Shown: positions 50,537 to 59,723 of the stretch, in pieces
Layout of the letters: each line of letters begins with the position of its first letter
How positions within the stretch are numbered: the first letter of the stretch is position 1
Virus record (IMG/VR): IMGVR_UViG_3300048905_000034
Span: 1 to 63,250 of that record
Direction: 5' to 3' (one strand)
DNA: 63,250 bases
Source of the DNA: a virus
Notes under the pieces: model-generated
The model's input: only the letters and a program-made list of their open reading frames with translations
The model's database searches: none
What the model was told of the DNA's origin: nothing
Position numbers and translations under genes: made by a program

Positions 50537-50812
50537 CTACAGGTACTTCAGTTGATCCATCTCATCTTCCCCGTCGTCCCAGCTATTGTCTGGGTGTCCG
50601 GGGAGTGGCCGGTCCAGTTCCTCCAGCCACCGTTCTGCATCCTCTTGGCTAAGGCGCTCCAGCGCCCAGTGCTCTACGACGCTGAGGAAGCGCGAGAACG
50701 GGAGGCTGAGGATGTCGATGCCTTGGCCCGAGAACTGGCCGTCGATGCGCGTCCAGTTGACCGTGGCCGTGCTGGTGAGTCGGACAGTTCTCGGGTAGGG
50801 CGGGCCGACCAC
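50537..50812 (-). CDS. -1 frame extension of the tail assembly chaperone (GT-like, programmed frameshift expected)
   Basis: The ORF in the -1 frame overlaps the last 138 nt of the G-like ORF; slippery site not located. Confidence 0.5.
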   Translation of the reverse strand: MVGPPYPRTVRLTSTATVNWTRIDGQFSGQGIDILSLPFSRFLSVVEHWALERLSQEDAERWLEELDRPLPGHPDNSWDDGEDEMDQLKYL

Positions 50813-51123
50813 TCCTCAGTGACGGCCTCGAACAGTTCCATGATGCCGCCCTCGCCGCCAACGTCGAACGAATCATTGCGGTCGAGCAGACGGCCCTGCA
50901 GGTACCTCGCAGTTTCGTCGTCGGCCATCTCGAAGAACAGCTGGATGAAGGTGCCCATGGTCCGTACGTCCATGTTGCGGCCACCCATGCTGAGCATGAT
51001 GGCCTGCTGGCCGGTGGACGGCTCGAAGAAGGTGATGTCCCTTCCGTCGTGCTTGAAGGTGATCTTGGATTCCTCGTCGACCTCGCCGAGGGAATCCTTG
51101 GCTGCTGTTACAAACTCTTTCAC
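50674..51123 (-). CDS. tail assembly chaperone (G-like)
   Basis: GTG 51123 after AGGAAGAGGG; sits directly upstream of the tape measure. Confidence 0.6.
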   Translation of the reverse strand: MKEFVTAAKDSLGEVDEESKITFKHDGRDITFFEPSTGQQAIMLSMGGRNMDVRTMGTFIQLFFEMADDETARYLQGRLLDRNDSFDVGGEGGIMELFEAVTEEWSARPTRELSDSPARPRSTGRASTASSRAKASTSSASRSRASSAS

Positions 51124-51152
51124 GTGCCCTCTTCCTACTTTGCGTCTGATTG

Positions 51153-51172
51153 GCAGTTGGTCGACCAACTGC
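51153..51172. repeat. PAL20 copy, perfect
   Basis: Intergenic; 16 nt before the RBS of the chaperone gene. Confidence 0.95.
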
Positions 51173-51189
51173 CGTCCAACAGCCTCAGA

Positions 51190-51732
51190 CTACCGGGGTG
51201 GGAATCCGTTCGCCCTCATCGCCGTGCGAAGGGCAGCCCTCATAAAGGGCTTCGGCTTCTGCCCGGCGACTGACTGGGCTTGGAAGAACCCCTTGACGCC
51301 CTTCTTTTCGCGCCCCTTCCACGCCGCGTACAGTTCCGAACCGGCACCCTTGGAGCGGCTGGAAAACTGCCCCCTTGGATGGCGTGGAACCAGCAGGTAA
51401 CCCCACGGCCCAGTGGCGGTGATGGGTCCGGTCGTGCCCTCCATGAAGTACCAGACGTGCTTGGTGTTGTTGTAGAACTCCGCTGTCGCGGTCAGCGGGC
51501 CGGTGTCCTTGGCGCGGTTCCACTTGTTGCCACGGGTTAGGCGACCGGAGCGGTTGTGGCTACCGTTCCGACTGCCGTATGTGCCACGGGCGAGGATCAG
51601 CGAAGCCTCTATGCTGGCATCCCGCGCAACGTCGTTGATGTGACCACGGACAGGGCCACCGATGCGGATGAATGACTGCACAGCCGGTTCGTGGATGAAA
51701 AGGCGGCTGCTGCCCCTAGCCATCGTCGTCAT
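51190..51732 (-). CDS. head-tail connector protein (HK97 gp10-like position)
   Basis: 180 aa; position only. Confidence 0.4.
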   Translation of the reverse strand: MTTMARGSSRLFIHEPAVQSFIRIGGPVRGHINDVARDASIEASLILARGTYGSRNGSHNRSGRLTRGNKWNRAKDTGPLTATAEFYNNTKHVWYFMEGTTGPITATGPWGYLLVPRHPRGQFSSRSKGAGSELYAAWKGREKKGVKGFFQAQSVAGQKPKPFMRAALRTAMRANGFPPR

Positions 51733-52216
51733 CTCCCACTGTCAGTGACCACGTACCGCCGACAGCCCCACCCTCCGGCCCGTTGGGGACGTAGCCTCCG
51801 AGGATGACGAAGTCGATGGACTTGGCGGCGCGCTGAATGGCGTCCTTCATCAGCATCATGTCGTCCGCGAGGTCCAGCGCGGAGTTCATGTGGGTCAGCG
51901 CATCCGGCAGTTCCACATTCATCCCGTCCGACTCGGGGATCGGCGCAGGACGAATGATGCCGACCTCAATGCTGTGCGCCAGCGTTGATGCGCAGTTGTC
52001 CACAGATACGTCCGCGCTGGGGAACGCCACGCTGGGGTTGGAACCAGTGTGCCGCACCCATGCCATCCCCATGCACCCATCGCCGCCGACGTAGTCCACC
52101 GGGACGGCAGTGCCCGGGTACACGGTGACGGCACACATCGAGTCAAGCTGGTCTGCATCACGCAGCACCGCGATCAGTTCCTGCAGCAGTACCGCGAGCA
52201 TTTCGCGCAGTTGCAT
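51716..52216 (-). CDS. head-tail connector / tail terminator-like protein, 166 aa
   Basis: ATG 52216 (TAATG overlap); position only. Confidence 0.4.
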   Translation of the reverse strand: MQLREMLAVLLQELIAVLRDADQLDSMCAVTVYPGTAVPVDYVGGDGCMGMAWVRHTGSNPSVAFPSADVSVDNCASTLAHSIEVGIIRPAPIPESDGMNVELPDALTHMNSALDLADDMMLMKDAIQRAAKSIDFVILGGYVPNGPEGGAVGGTWSLTVGDDDDG

Positions 52217-52959
52217 TACGGTGCCTTCCACGTGACGGCGTGCTGGCGGGGCAGGTCTGGCGAGTACACCTCGGGCCGCGTTCGCATGCCGTACGGGTTC
52301 CACTGCATCAGGTAGGCATCCACTTCCCTGATGCCGGTGGTGCCGTCGGGGAACATGCCGGTGGACAGTTCCATGCTGATGCCCTGCCGGGACACGGTGG
52401 TGACGTTCGCAGGCAGACGGCACTTCTTGTCCGCAGTGATCGCCTTCAGGAACTCGTCCGCCAGCAGGCCGCCGACGTACTGACCCATCGCGTCGACCTC
52501 GTGGCCGTTCAGGTAGGTGACGGTGAAGTTCCGGCCCGAGCAGGGGGGCCAGCCGTTCCCGTCGATACGGACAAGTCGGTTTCCGTCCTCCACTTGGTAG
52601 GTGCTGGGATCAAGAACCACGCCATTGATCTTGACCTCGTCGATGCGGCCAACCGGTGCTTTGAGGCGGACAGCCGGAGCACTGCTGCAGCCGCAGCCAA
52701 CAGCGCAGTAGCAGTTCGCGTACGCCCCGGAGTCCAGCAGGACCGGGTGGAACGGCAGCAGGGAGTGGCCCGCCATGTACGGGGCCGGGGAAGCGCAGGT
52801 GCTGGAGCACGGCATGACGGTGATGGGCAGCCCTCCCACCCGGTTCAGGGTAAGGAACCGGAGGGTGTTCGCGGCGTACGTCTCTGCGAGCGCAACAATG
52901 TCGGCATCGTAGGTGGTGATGTCGATGCTGGCGGGCCAGTCAATCGGCCAAGCGTCCAT
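52216..52959 (-). CDS. head-to-tail adaptor-like protein, 247 aa
   Basis: Cys-rich centre (CYCAVGCGC); position upstream of the connector genes. Confidence 0.4.
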   Translation of the reverse strand: MDAWPIDWPASIDITTYDADIVALAETYAANTLRFLTLNRVGGLPITVMPCSSTCASPAPYMAGHSLLPFHPVLLDSGAYANCYCAVGCGCSSAPAVRLKAPVGRIDEVKINGVVLDPSTYQVEDGNRLVRIDGNGWPPCSGRNFTVTYLNGHEVDAMGQYVGGLLADEFLKAITADKKCRLPANVTTVSRQGISMELSTGMFPDGTTGIREVDAYLMQWNPYGMRTRPEVYSPDLPRQHAVTWKAP

Positions 52960-52970
52960 GATGGACTCTC

Positions 52971-53612
52971 CTAGAGTGTGGGGACCGTTGTGGTCAGTAT
53001 GTCGTTGGCAAGAAAGGAAGCCCGGTAGGCAGTGCCGTCAGCGGCAAAGACGTTTTCGACATTAGTGGGATCAACGTCGGTGATGGTGACATCGGCATAG
53101 TAGGAGGCGCTGTTGAACGTGCCATCGGTGTTGTCTGAGGTGTACGGCGTGTACTTGAACGTGCCCTGCATGTTCCCCGGCAGGCTCGGGGAGACGGGAA
53201 CCACGACGGGGCCGTAGACGAAGTCACCATTGCCGTCACCGTTGTCGAAGTAGCGCGTGGTTGCCGGGTAGCCGCCGTTCGGGTACTGGATGGCGACCTT
53301 GTAGAACTGGCCCACCGTCGGGACGAACGGCTGGGCAAGGGTGACGGCAGTCCACTGGTCCGGGCCGGACGGGGCGGGGATGGTGACATCGGCCACCACC
53401 TTGCCAAGGTTGTTGCCCGCCGCGCTCAACCACCAGATGGACCCGATGCGCGGAGTGGTGTCGTAGTCAGCACCATGCCCGGAGAGGTAGCGCAACTGGG
53501 TGATCCACACCGGGGCTGTGACCTTGAACGTGGTGGCGACAATGACCGGTCCGCCCTTGTCGTATGCCTGCACCAGCGGCGTGGTGCCGGGAAACAGATG
53601 GTAGATCGTCAC
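52971..53612 (-). CDS. minor tail protein (DUF4082-like)
   Basis: N-terminal FKVTAPVWITQLRYL pattern. Confidence 0.45.
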   Translation of the reverse strand: MTIYHLFPGTTPLVQAYDKGGPVIVATTFKVTAPVWITQLRYLSGHGADYDTTPRIGSIWWLSAAGNNLGKVVADVTIPAPSGPDQWTAVTLAQPFVPTVGQFYKVAIQYPNGGYPATTRYFDNGDGNGDFVYGPVVVPVSPSLPGNMQGTFKYTPYTSDNTDGTFNSASYYADVTITDVDPTNVENVFAADGTAYRASFLANDILTTTVPTL

Positions 53613-54532
53613 GGGACTGCCTTGAACCAGACATCACCGTTGACCATGTTCGTCGGCTTCGTGGTGCCGCCGATCCATGACACCGATCCGGTGGTGGTGG
53701 GGCGGACCTCGGAGCCGGTGATGACCTTGATGGAGGCGGGGAGGGTGGCGACCTTGGCGGCGACTTCCGCTGTGACCGCAGCGGGCAGGGCGGCGCTGAC
53801 TGCCGCCGTGGCCGCGCCCGGGACCTGTGCCGTGACCGCCGTGGAGACAGCACCCGGTACTGCCGCGTTCACTGCCGTAGAGACGGCACCGGGAACTGCC
53901 GCGTTCACTGCGGAGGGGACGGCGGCGGCAACCTCAGTGGACACCGCGCTCGGGACGGCTGCCGACACCGCGCTGGAAACTGCGGACGGGAGCGCCGCGT
54001 TCACCGCAGTGGTGACAGCACCGGGGACCTGAGCGGAGACAGCGGCAGGGACAGCGGCATTCACAGCGGCGGTGACCTGCGGCCCCACATCAATGCCATT
54101 CGCAAACTCGGCGGCCACAGCGGCGGCCACAGCGGGCGCGATCTGACCGGCCAGCGCGGAGGAGACAGCCGCCGCCAGCGCCACCGACCAGTTCTCCGGC
54201 AGAGGACCGGCGGACTGGCCGGTCAACGGGGCCACCTGCGTGAGGGTGTTGATGTCCAGCGGGGTGCCGGAGTTCGGCACCGAGTAGTAACGCTTCTCGT
54301 GCGGCAGGCCGAACAGTTCGTAGGTGACCTCCCACGCCCAGTCCACCGTGGTCGGATCGACCGTGACGGAAGTGGCACCGGCAACGAGCTTCACCCGGAA
54401 CGGCATCGGCAAAACCAGCGCGGCACCGTTGGTGGACCAGCCCCTGACCGGCGTCCAGCGCAGATACCCACGGGCAGGCTTGAGCGTGCCGGTGGAATCC
54501 GGCCTCATGATCTGTGCTTGGACGACGGTCAC
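53609..54532 (-). CDS. minor tail protein with Ala/Val-rich tandem repeats, 307 aa
   Basis: GTG 54532 after TAAGG; repeats (AAVPGAVSTAVN)n. Confidence 0.55.
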   Translation of the reverse strand: MTVVQAQIMRPDSTGTLKPARGYLRWTPVRGWSTNGAALVLPMPFRVKLVAGATSVTVDPTTVDWAWEVTYELFGLPHEKRYYSVPNSGTPLDINTLTQVAPLTGQSAGPLPENWSVALAAAVSSALAGQIAPAVAAAVAAEFANGIDVGPQVTAAVNAAVPAAVSAQVPGAVTTAVNAALPSAVSSAVSAAVPSAVSTEVAAAVPSAVNAAVPGAVSTAVNAAVPGAVSTAVTAQVPGAATAAVSAALPAAVTAEVAAKVATLPASIKVITGSEVRPTTTGSVSWIGGTTKPTNMVNGDVWFKAVP

Positions 54533-54542
54533 GGCGATGGCC

Positions 54543-55280
54543 TTACTTGAAGCTGACGGTGGTGGGCAGGGCACCCTTGACGGCGCTGGCGATTGATTCG
54601 AGGAGCTTGGCCTGATCGAACGGCTGCCCCGTGGAGACGGCGGCGAGCGCACCGACCAGCTTCTCGATCTGGATGTTCTGCGCGGCGACAGTCTCACGCA
54701 GCGGCTTGATCTGCTGGCGAACGATGCGGTCGGTCATTGCACCCAGCAGGGTTCCAGCCCATTCACCGCGACCGAGTTCGATGTTCTGGATGAGAGGGAT
54801 GCCGGGACCGCCCCAGACTGCCTCGTTGATGTCCTTCTTGGTTTGTGCGTCGAGAGCCATTTCGTACCATTCCTTCTGGGTGATGATGACCGGGGTGATG
54901 ACCGGGGTGCCCTGAATGTCCTCGGTCCAGCCTCGGTACGTCAGGGTCATTCCGTATTTGGCGTAGTACCGCTCCAAGTCCGCGAGGTCCGGGTGGTGGT
55001 GCGGGACGGTGCCGAGGTCGGACGTGGAGTACACGCTCCCGTCGGGCAGGCGCAGGACAACGTGCCCGGCAGGCTCGTTGGCCAGCGCGTACCAGACCGG
55101 CACGGCGACACCAGCCGGGAAGTTGCGGTCCCGGTGCTGGGTCTTGGAGTTGTTCCACCCGGCGGTAGCGGTGCCGTAGCCGGGAACAGCGGGCTGGCCG
55201 AAGGTGCGGCGCACGTATTCGAGGCACCACCCCGGCTTGCAGGAGATGTTCGGATTGGGGGTGATCCTCTGGGTAAACAC
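54543..55280 (-). CDS. cysteine-peptidase type (CHAP / NlpC-P60-like) cell-wall hydrolase; putative endolysin or tail lysin
   Basis: GTG after GAGGAGGG; N-terminal Cys (CKPGWCLEYV) and GHVVL His motif. Confidence 0.55.
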   Translation of the reverse strand: MFTQRITPNPNISCKPGWCLEYVRRTFGQPAVPGYGTATAGWNNSKTQHRDRNFPAGVAVPVWYALANEPAGHVVLRLPDGSVYSTSDLGTVPHHHPDLADLERYYAKYGMTLTYRGWTEDIQGTPVITPVIITQKEWYEMALDAQTKKDINEAVWGGPGIPLIQNIELGRGEWAGTLLGAMTDRIVRQQIKPLRETVAAQNIQIEKLVGALAAVSTGQPFDQAKLLESIASAVKGALPTTVSFK

Positions 55281-55300
55281 TCAGTCCCTCCTCGGGGCCA

Positions 55301-55320
55301 GCAGTTGGTCGACCAACTGC
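55301..55320. repeat. PAL20 copy, perfect
   Basis: Intergenic; 8 nt before the lysin RBS. Confidence 0.95.
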
Positions 55321-55343
55321 CGAAATTTTATCCTGCGGTCCCG

Positions 55344-56861
55344 TTAGGTGAACTTGGGCAGGACGACACGGATGTTCGAGGTCATAAAGCCCCGTACGCC
55401 GAGCGCCGCGAGCCGGTCCCGGTCAGCGATGGTCGAAACAGCCCACGTGATGACGGGCTTGTTGTTCGCAACCCCGGCGGCAACGATGCGCTGTTGCCAT
55501 GCGGTCGGTGCGCCGACCTCAACGCCGAGCATGTCGATGTCCGTCCGTGCCGCCAGTCCTTCGACATCGTCGTACAGCGGATCGCCGTAGATGTAGTAGC
55601 CCCACGTGCTCATCCCAAGCGCCTTCGCGTTCGTGAAGCCGGTGGCGTTGATCGAAGCCTTCCAGACGATCCGGGCCGGGTTGTCGGTGTTCGCCATAAT
55701 CAGGTCGCGGAGGTTCTGCTGCCACACCCCGCCAATCTTTGGCTCGATGAACAGCACCTGATTCTTGGCGAACTTCGCCAGCACAGCGTCGAGCCTCGTG
55801 AACGGCTGGACCGGCTGGGACGGGTTGTCCGTGTCCGTGGTCCGGTGCGTCAGCGCTTGCAGTTGCGCCCACGTCGCGGAGCCGACGGTGAGGGCCGTGC
55901 CGGTCGTGCGGGTGGTGGTGGTGTCGTGGTTGCACACCAGCACCCCGTCCGAGGTGGGCACCACAGAAATCTCCAGCGCCTTCATTCCCCAGTTCGCCGC
56001 ACCCGTGTAGGAGCGCATCGTATGCTCGGGCCAGTTGCCGCCGGAGCCACGGTGCGCGATGTAGAACTGCGGGGTGGAGAGCAGGTCGGTGATCGTGTAC
56101 TTGCCGTACACCGGGTCCGCAGGCAGGGTGACAGGAACCTCGGCGGTGCCGTTCCAGAGCTTCGCGGTCAGCGGAGCCAGTACGGTGCCGTCCCAGCGCT
56201 GAAGCGGCGTCTCAGGCACCCCGGGGGGAGTGACCGGAGGCAGGCCAAGCTGGATCGAGTAGCCGTTTGCGGTCTGCGTGTTCGGGTAAGTGACCGTGAC
56301 GTTGCCGGAGTTGCCGGTGGTCGGCATGTCCTTGTAGCCGACCCACAGCGTTTCGAGGTAGGTCGATACCGGCTGTGCCTTGAAGACCCACTCGGTCGCC
56401 CCAGTGACGGAGGCAATACCCGTCTCCTGCACCGAGGTCCGCTCGGTGGAGATGACCAGCACCTCAGTGCCGGGCACGGTGGTGGTGATGGAGTAGGCGA
56501 TGTTCTGCGTGGTGTTGCCGGAACCGTCAGCGCGGGCGTGCGGTGCCCCGGTGATCCAGCCGGTGTCCGCCACACCACGGAGCCACACCAGCACGTACTG
56601 CACAGCGGAGGGGTGGGTGAAGGTGTAGCTGGTTTCCCCGACGAGACGCTTCTTGGCGAAGATGTGCGTCGTCATCGTGCCGGTGACGTAGCCGGGGCTG
56701 ACGATGTTGACCCAGCCGGAGGGCGGGGTGATCGTCTGGGAGGTCGCACCAGCGAACACCACCACCATCCAGTCATCGGTGGCGATGCTGACATCCGGGG
56801 TGAGGACGGTGTTGGAGGTAGTGGTAGTGCCGCTGTTGTAGCCGACCCGGCTGACGGCCAT
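55344..56861 (-). CDS. structural protein with a C-terminal glycerophosphodiester phosphodiesterase (GDPD) domain
   Basis: AHRGSGGNWPEHTMRSY...ALEISVVPTSDGVLVCNHD. Confidence 0.75.
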   Translation of the reverse strand: MAVSRVGYNSGTTTTSNTVLTPDVSIATDDWMVVVFAGATSQTITPPSGWVNIVSPGYVTGTMTTHIFAKKRLVGETSYTFTHPSAVQYVLVWLRGVADTGWITGAPHARADGSGNTTQNIAYSITTTVPGTEVLVISTERTSVQETGIASVTGATEWVFKAQPVSTYLETLWVGYKDMPTTGNSGNVTVTYPNTQTANGYSIQLGLPPVTPPGVPETPLQRWDGTVLAPLTAKLWNGTAEVPVTLPADPVYGKYTITDLLSTPQFYIAHRGSGGNWPEHTMRSYTGAANWGMKALEISVVPTSDGVLVCNHDTTTTRTTGTALTVGSATWAQLQALTHRTTDTDNPSQPVQPFTRLDAVLAKFAKNQVLFIEPKIGGVWQQNLRDLIMANTDNPARIVWKASINATGFTNAKALGMSTWGYYIYGDPLYDDVEGLAARTDIDMLGVEVGAPTAWQQRIVAAGVANNKPVITWAVSTIADRDRLAALGVRGFMTSNIRVVLPKFT

Positions 56862-56862
56862 G

Positions 56863-57114
56863 TTAGGCGGTCCTGAGAATGACCGTACCTGCCGGGGTGC
56901 CCGGCGGGACGGGATCGGACGGGCCGAGGATCAGCGTGTATGCGCCGACCTTGCCATCCACGTAGGTCTTGGCGCTGTTCAGCGCCGTGGTCGCCTTCGT
57001 CTGCGCGTCAGTCGCGGCGGTGGCGAGGGTGTCGACGTGCTTGGAAGTGATGTGGTCGAGCAGTGTCTGGCCCCATACATCACCGGGCTGGACTGCGGGT
57101 GCTGGTGTAGCCAT
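56863..57114 (-). CDS. hypothetical structural protein, 83 aa
   Basis: Track ORF, tightly packed. Confidence 0.5.
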   Translation of the reverse strand: MATPAPAVQPGDVWGQTLLDHITSKHVDTLATAATDAQTKATTALNSAKTYVDGKVGAYTLILGPSDPVPPGTPAGTVILRTA

Positions 57115-57149
57115 GACGCTCTCCTGCTGTTCAAGAATGGGGGGTAATA

Positions 57150-57189
57150 GGCTGGCGGGAAACGGTTGCTACCCCGTTCCCCGCCAGCC
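57150..57189 (-). terminator. terminator-like hairpin after the major tail gene
   Basis: 16-bp stem (one mismatch); sense-strand loop GGTAGCAA. Confidence 0.55.
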
Positions 57190-57261
57190 CCAGTGACTCA
57201 GGCGCTATTGGCCAAATGTTCCGGTCCCGAAGTCACCTTGGCCGAAGTCCGCGCCCGGAAT

Positions 57262-58155
57262 CTACGTGGTCGTGACGTTGACGGTCTTGGTCGAGGTGCC
57301 ACGCCGACCGGTGATCGTGTAGGTGCCCGGAGCCGCGTAGACCTTGGTGAACGAGCCGGTGGCGGCGTAGTCGTACGTGCCGTCGCCGAAGTCGTAGAAC
57401 ACCGGATCGGCACCCGTAGGTACCGGTGCGATGGCCACAGACATGCCCGTCGGGGTTGCGGTGAGGCTGGTGAGAGCAGCACCTGACGGGTTGAGGGCCG
57501 GGATGCTGCCTTCGTAGGCCGTCGGAGGAGCGACGGTCGTGGTGAGCCAGCGGCGGTGCTCGGTAGCCGCGACGGCGTCCTTCAGAACAGCAGGGGCACC
57601 GGCAACCGACTGGACGGCGTACGGACCCTTGCCCCATGCAGAACCGCCACGAGTGGTCAGTCCGGTCACGGTGAAGGTGATGGCCGCGTTCTCGATGGTC
57701 ACATCGCCAACAATGCCGCCACGCAGGAACGGGGTGAGGACGTAGCCGTACTCGCCCGGGTTCTTGGAACCCAGCCACAGTTCCAGCGCGAAGTTCACCG
57801 TTGCGAGGTCCACGCTGGTGGTTTCGGTGAAGCCAATGGCTACGCCGTTGTCATCCGTGAGCACGTGGTTGCCGGTGAGCATCTCGAACAGCCGGTAGTC
57901 CACCTCGCAGAAGGTGGCCTCAACGGTGAATCCGCTGATCGTGGGGACCGCAGACTCAGCCACGCATGCCTCGCCAGCGGCGTTGGTGACAGTGATTGCC
58001 TCGCCGTCCTGCGTGACCGTGGTGTAGGCGACGGTAATGAAGCCCTTGGTGACGATTGCGGAGTTCTGTCCGTATACGACGTTACCTGCGGCGTCGAGTA
58101 CGGTTGCCCGCATCCGCCGACCGCGAAGGTACGAAGTGTTCTTCGACTTTGCCAT
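57262..58155 (-). CDS. major tail protein with a C-terminal PKD/Ig-like domain
   Basis: N-terminal ...LRGRRMRATVLDAAGNVV pattern; C-terminal FYDFGDGTYDY...GTYTITG PKD motif. Confidence 0.55.
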   Translation of the reverse strand: MAKSKNTSYLRGRRMRATVLDAAGNVVYGQNSAIVTKGFITVAYTTVTQDGEAITVTNAAGEACVAESAVPTISGFTVEATFCEVDYRLFEMLTGNHVLTDDNGVAIGFTETTSVDLATVNFALELWLGSKNPGEYGYVLTPFLRGGIVGDVTIENAAITFTVTGLTTRGGSAWGKGPYAVQSVAGAPAVLKDAVAATEHRRWLTTTVAPPTAYEGSIPALNPSGAALTSLTATPTGMSVAIAPVPTGADPVFYDFGDGTYDYAATGSFTKVYAAPGTYTITGRRGTSTKTVNVTTT

Positions 58156-58533
58156 TTACTTGCCTTCCTCGGTGTCGGCCTTGCGGGCCTTGGTCTTCCG
58201 CTCGGGCTTAGCCTCTTCGGCGTCAGCCTGAGCAGCATCCTCAGCATTGGCCTTGGCCGCCGCCTCAGTCTCTTCATCCGCAGCCTTGGCTTCGGGGGAC
58301 TTCTCAGCCTCGTGCGGTGCAGCGTCGGGGAGGACGTTGGCCTGCTCCGTGGAGTCGGCCTCCCCTTCTTCGAGGATGGACGCGGGGACGATGTAGCCGA
58401 ACGAGGTGGTGATGACCTCGTTGGCTTCCAGCCCCGCTGCTTCGGCGCGCTCGATGAGGTTGCGGGCCTTTTCCTCAGACCGTCCTGAGACGTATGCCTG
58501 ATCTTCGTTTAGGTGCTCGCCTGCTTTAGTCAT
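58156..58533 (-). CDS. acidic hypothetical head-associated protein, 125 aa
   Basis: Track ORF between the capsid-like and tail genes. Confidence 0.45.
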   Translation of the reverse strand: MTKAGEHLNEDQAYVSGRSEEKARNLIERAEAAGLEANEVITTSFGYIVPASILEEGEADSTEQANVLPDAAPHEAEKSPEAKAADEETEAAAKANAEDAAQADAEEAKPERKTKARKADTEEGK

Positions 58534-58545
58534 TTCAAACTCCTG

Positions 58546-59643
58546 TTAGATTCCGACGAGGATCGCCGCTGCAAAACATTCCACGGTTGCCACGTAGGTG
58601 GCTTCCGCGAGGGCGTAGGTCCGGTTGGCTTTGATGTCCTTGGCGCTGTATTCCTCGATAGGTCCCCGCCAGATGTTGACCTGTCCGGTGATATACAGCC
58701 ACCCCGCAGTGGCACCAGCGGTCCTTGAGTTAGGACCGGCAGTGCCGTACCCGCCGCCATTGGCGACAGGCGTTCCGTGGATCGTCTGCAGGACCCCGCC
58801 GTCCCCGACCACAAGGTCAGGGAGGATCAGCGTGGTGGCCAGACGGTTCCCGTGGATCAGCGGAAGCCCCGAGTAGTTGTTCGCAGCGTGCTGCTCCAGC
58901 AGTCCGAGGGCGTAGCGCAGGTTGGTGACCGGCGTTCCCGGTGTGGGCGTGAGGTCGGTTGCAACGGGGTTCAGGAGAAGCTCCTGAATCTTGGCTTCCA
59001 CCCCGTAGCTCTCGTTGGCCTTGTACGCCCGGATCGCCTCCGCTGCCGAGTTGTCATTGACGAGCAGGTCGTCCTCAACACCCCGGTAGAGCGAAAACGG
59101 GCTGGCCGTAACCACGGTCTGCTTGTCAAAGACCTTGTCAGCCGCAGGCGTGTTGCCCGCTGTGCTGGTGGCAGGCACCGTCGCAGCGGTACCGGCACTG
59201 CCGGTATCCGTGTACGTCAGGACCTGTCCCAGTGTGGCGACGAGGACGTTCTGCGCATTCGAGGCGGTTCCCCGGTAGACCTTGTACCGCTCTGCTCCGG
59301 CGACCGCCGTCCAGTTCAGTACCTGCGTGCCATTGGCAGCAATGGCTACGTTGACTTGGTTGGAGCCGACCGTTTCGCCATAGCCGGTAACAGCCGTGAC
59401 CTTCCAGTAGTACGTCGCAGCAGCGAACGTACCCCCGGAGGTTGCGGTTGTGCCGGTAGAAAGAGTCGGCGGGGCAAGTGCTCCGCCGACAGCAGGAACA
59501 ACGCGGTTCTTTCCGCACAGGTACGTCTCATACGCCAGTCCGTTGTAGAGAACGCCGCCTGCGCCGTCAGTTTCCGTGAGGGACACGACCGACAGCAAAC
59601 CACCCTTTGCTGGTGCAAGCGGTGGTGCTTCGATAATTCTCAT
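58546..59643 (-). CDS. second capsid-like structural protein with an inserted FN3-like domain, 365 aa
   Basis: YYWKVTAVTGYGETV...LNWTAVAGAERYKVYRG is FN3-like; the flanks look HK97-fold-like to me (weak). Confidence 0.4.
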   Translation of the reverse strand: MRIIEAPPLAPAKGGLLSVVSLTETDGAGGVLYNGLAYETYLCGKNRVVPAVGGALAPPTLSTGTTATSGGTFAAATYYWKVTAVTGYGETVGSNQVNVAIAANGTQVLNWTAVAGAERYKVYRGTASNAQNVLVATLGQVLTYTDTGSAGTAATVPATSTAGNTPAADKVFDKQTVVTASPFSLYRGVEDDLLVNDNSAAEAIRAYKANESYGVEAKIQELLLNPVATDLTPTPGTPVTNLRYALGLLEQHAANNYSGLPLIHGNRLATTLILPDLVVGDGGVLQTIHGTPVANGGGYGTAGPNSRTAGATAGWLYITGQVNIWRGPIEEYSAKDIKANRTYALAEATYVATVECFAAAILVGI

Positions 59644-59674
59644 GGCCTACCCCCTTTCCGAAGGTTGCTTGGCG

Positions 59675-59709
59675 TTGAGGGGGTCGGTGGGCCGCACCGA
59701 CCCCCTCAA
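59675..59709 (-). terminator. hairpin after the major capsid gene
   Basis: Perfect 15-bp stem ttgagggggtcggtg / caccgaccccctcaa. Confidence 0.55.
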
Positions 59710-59723
59710 AATCAAGGTGGTCC

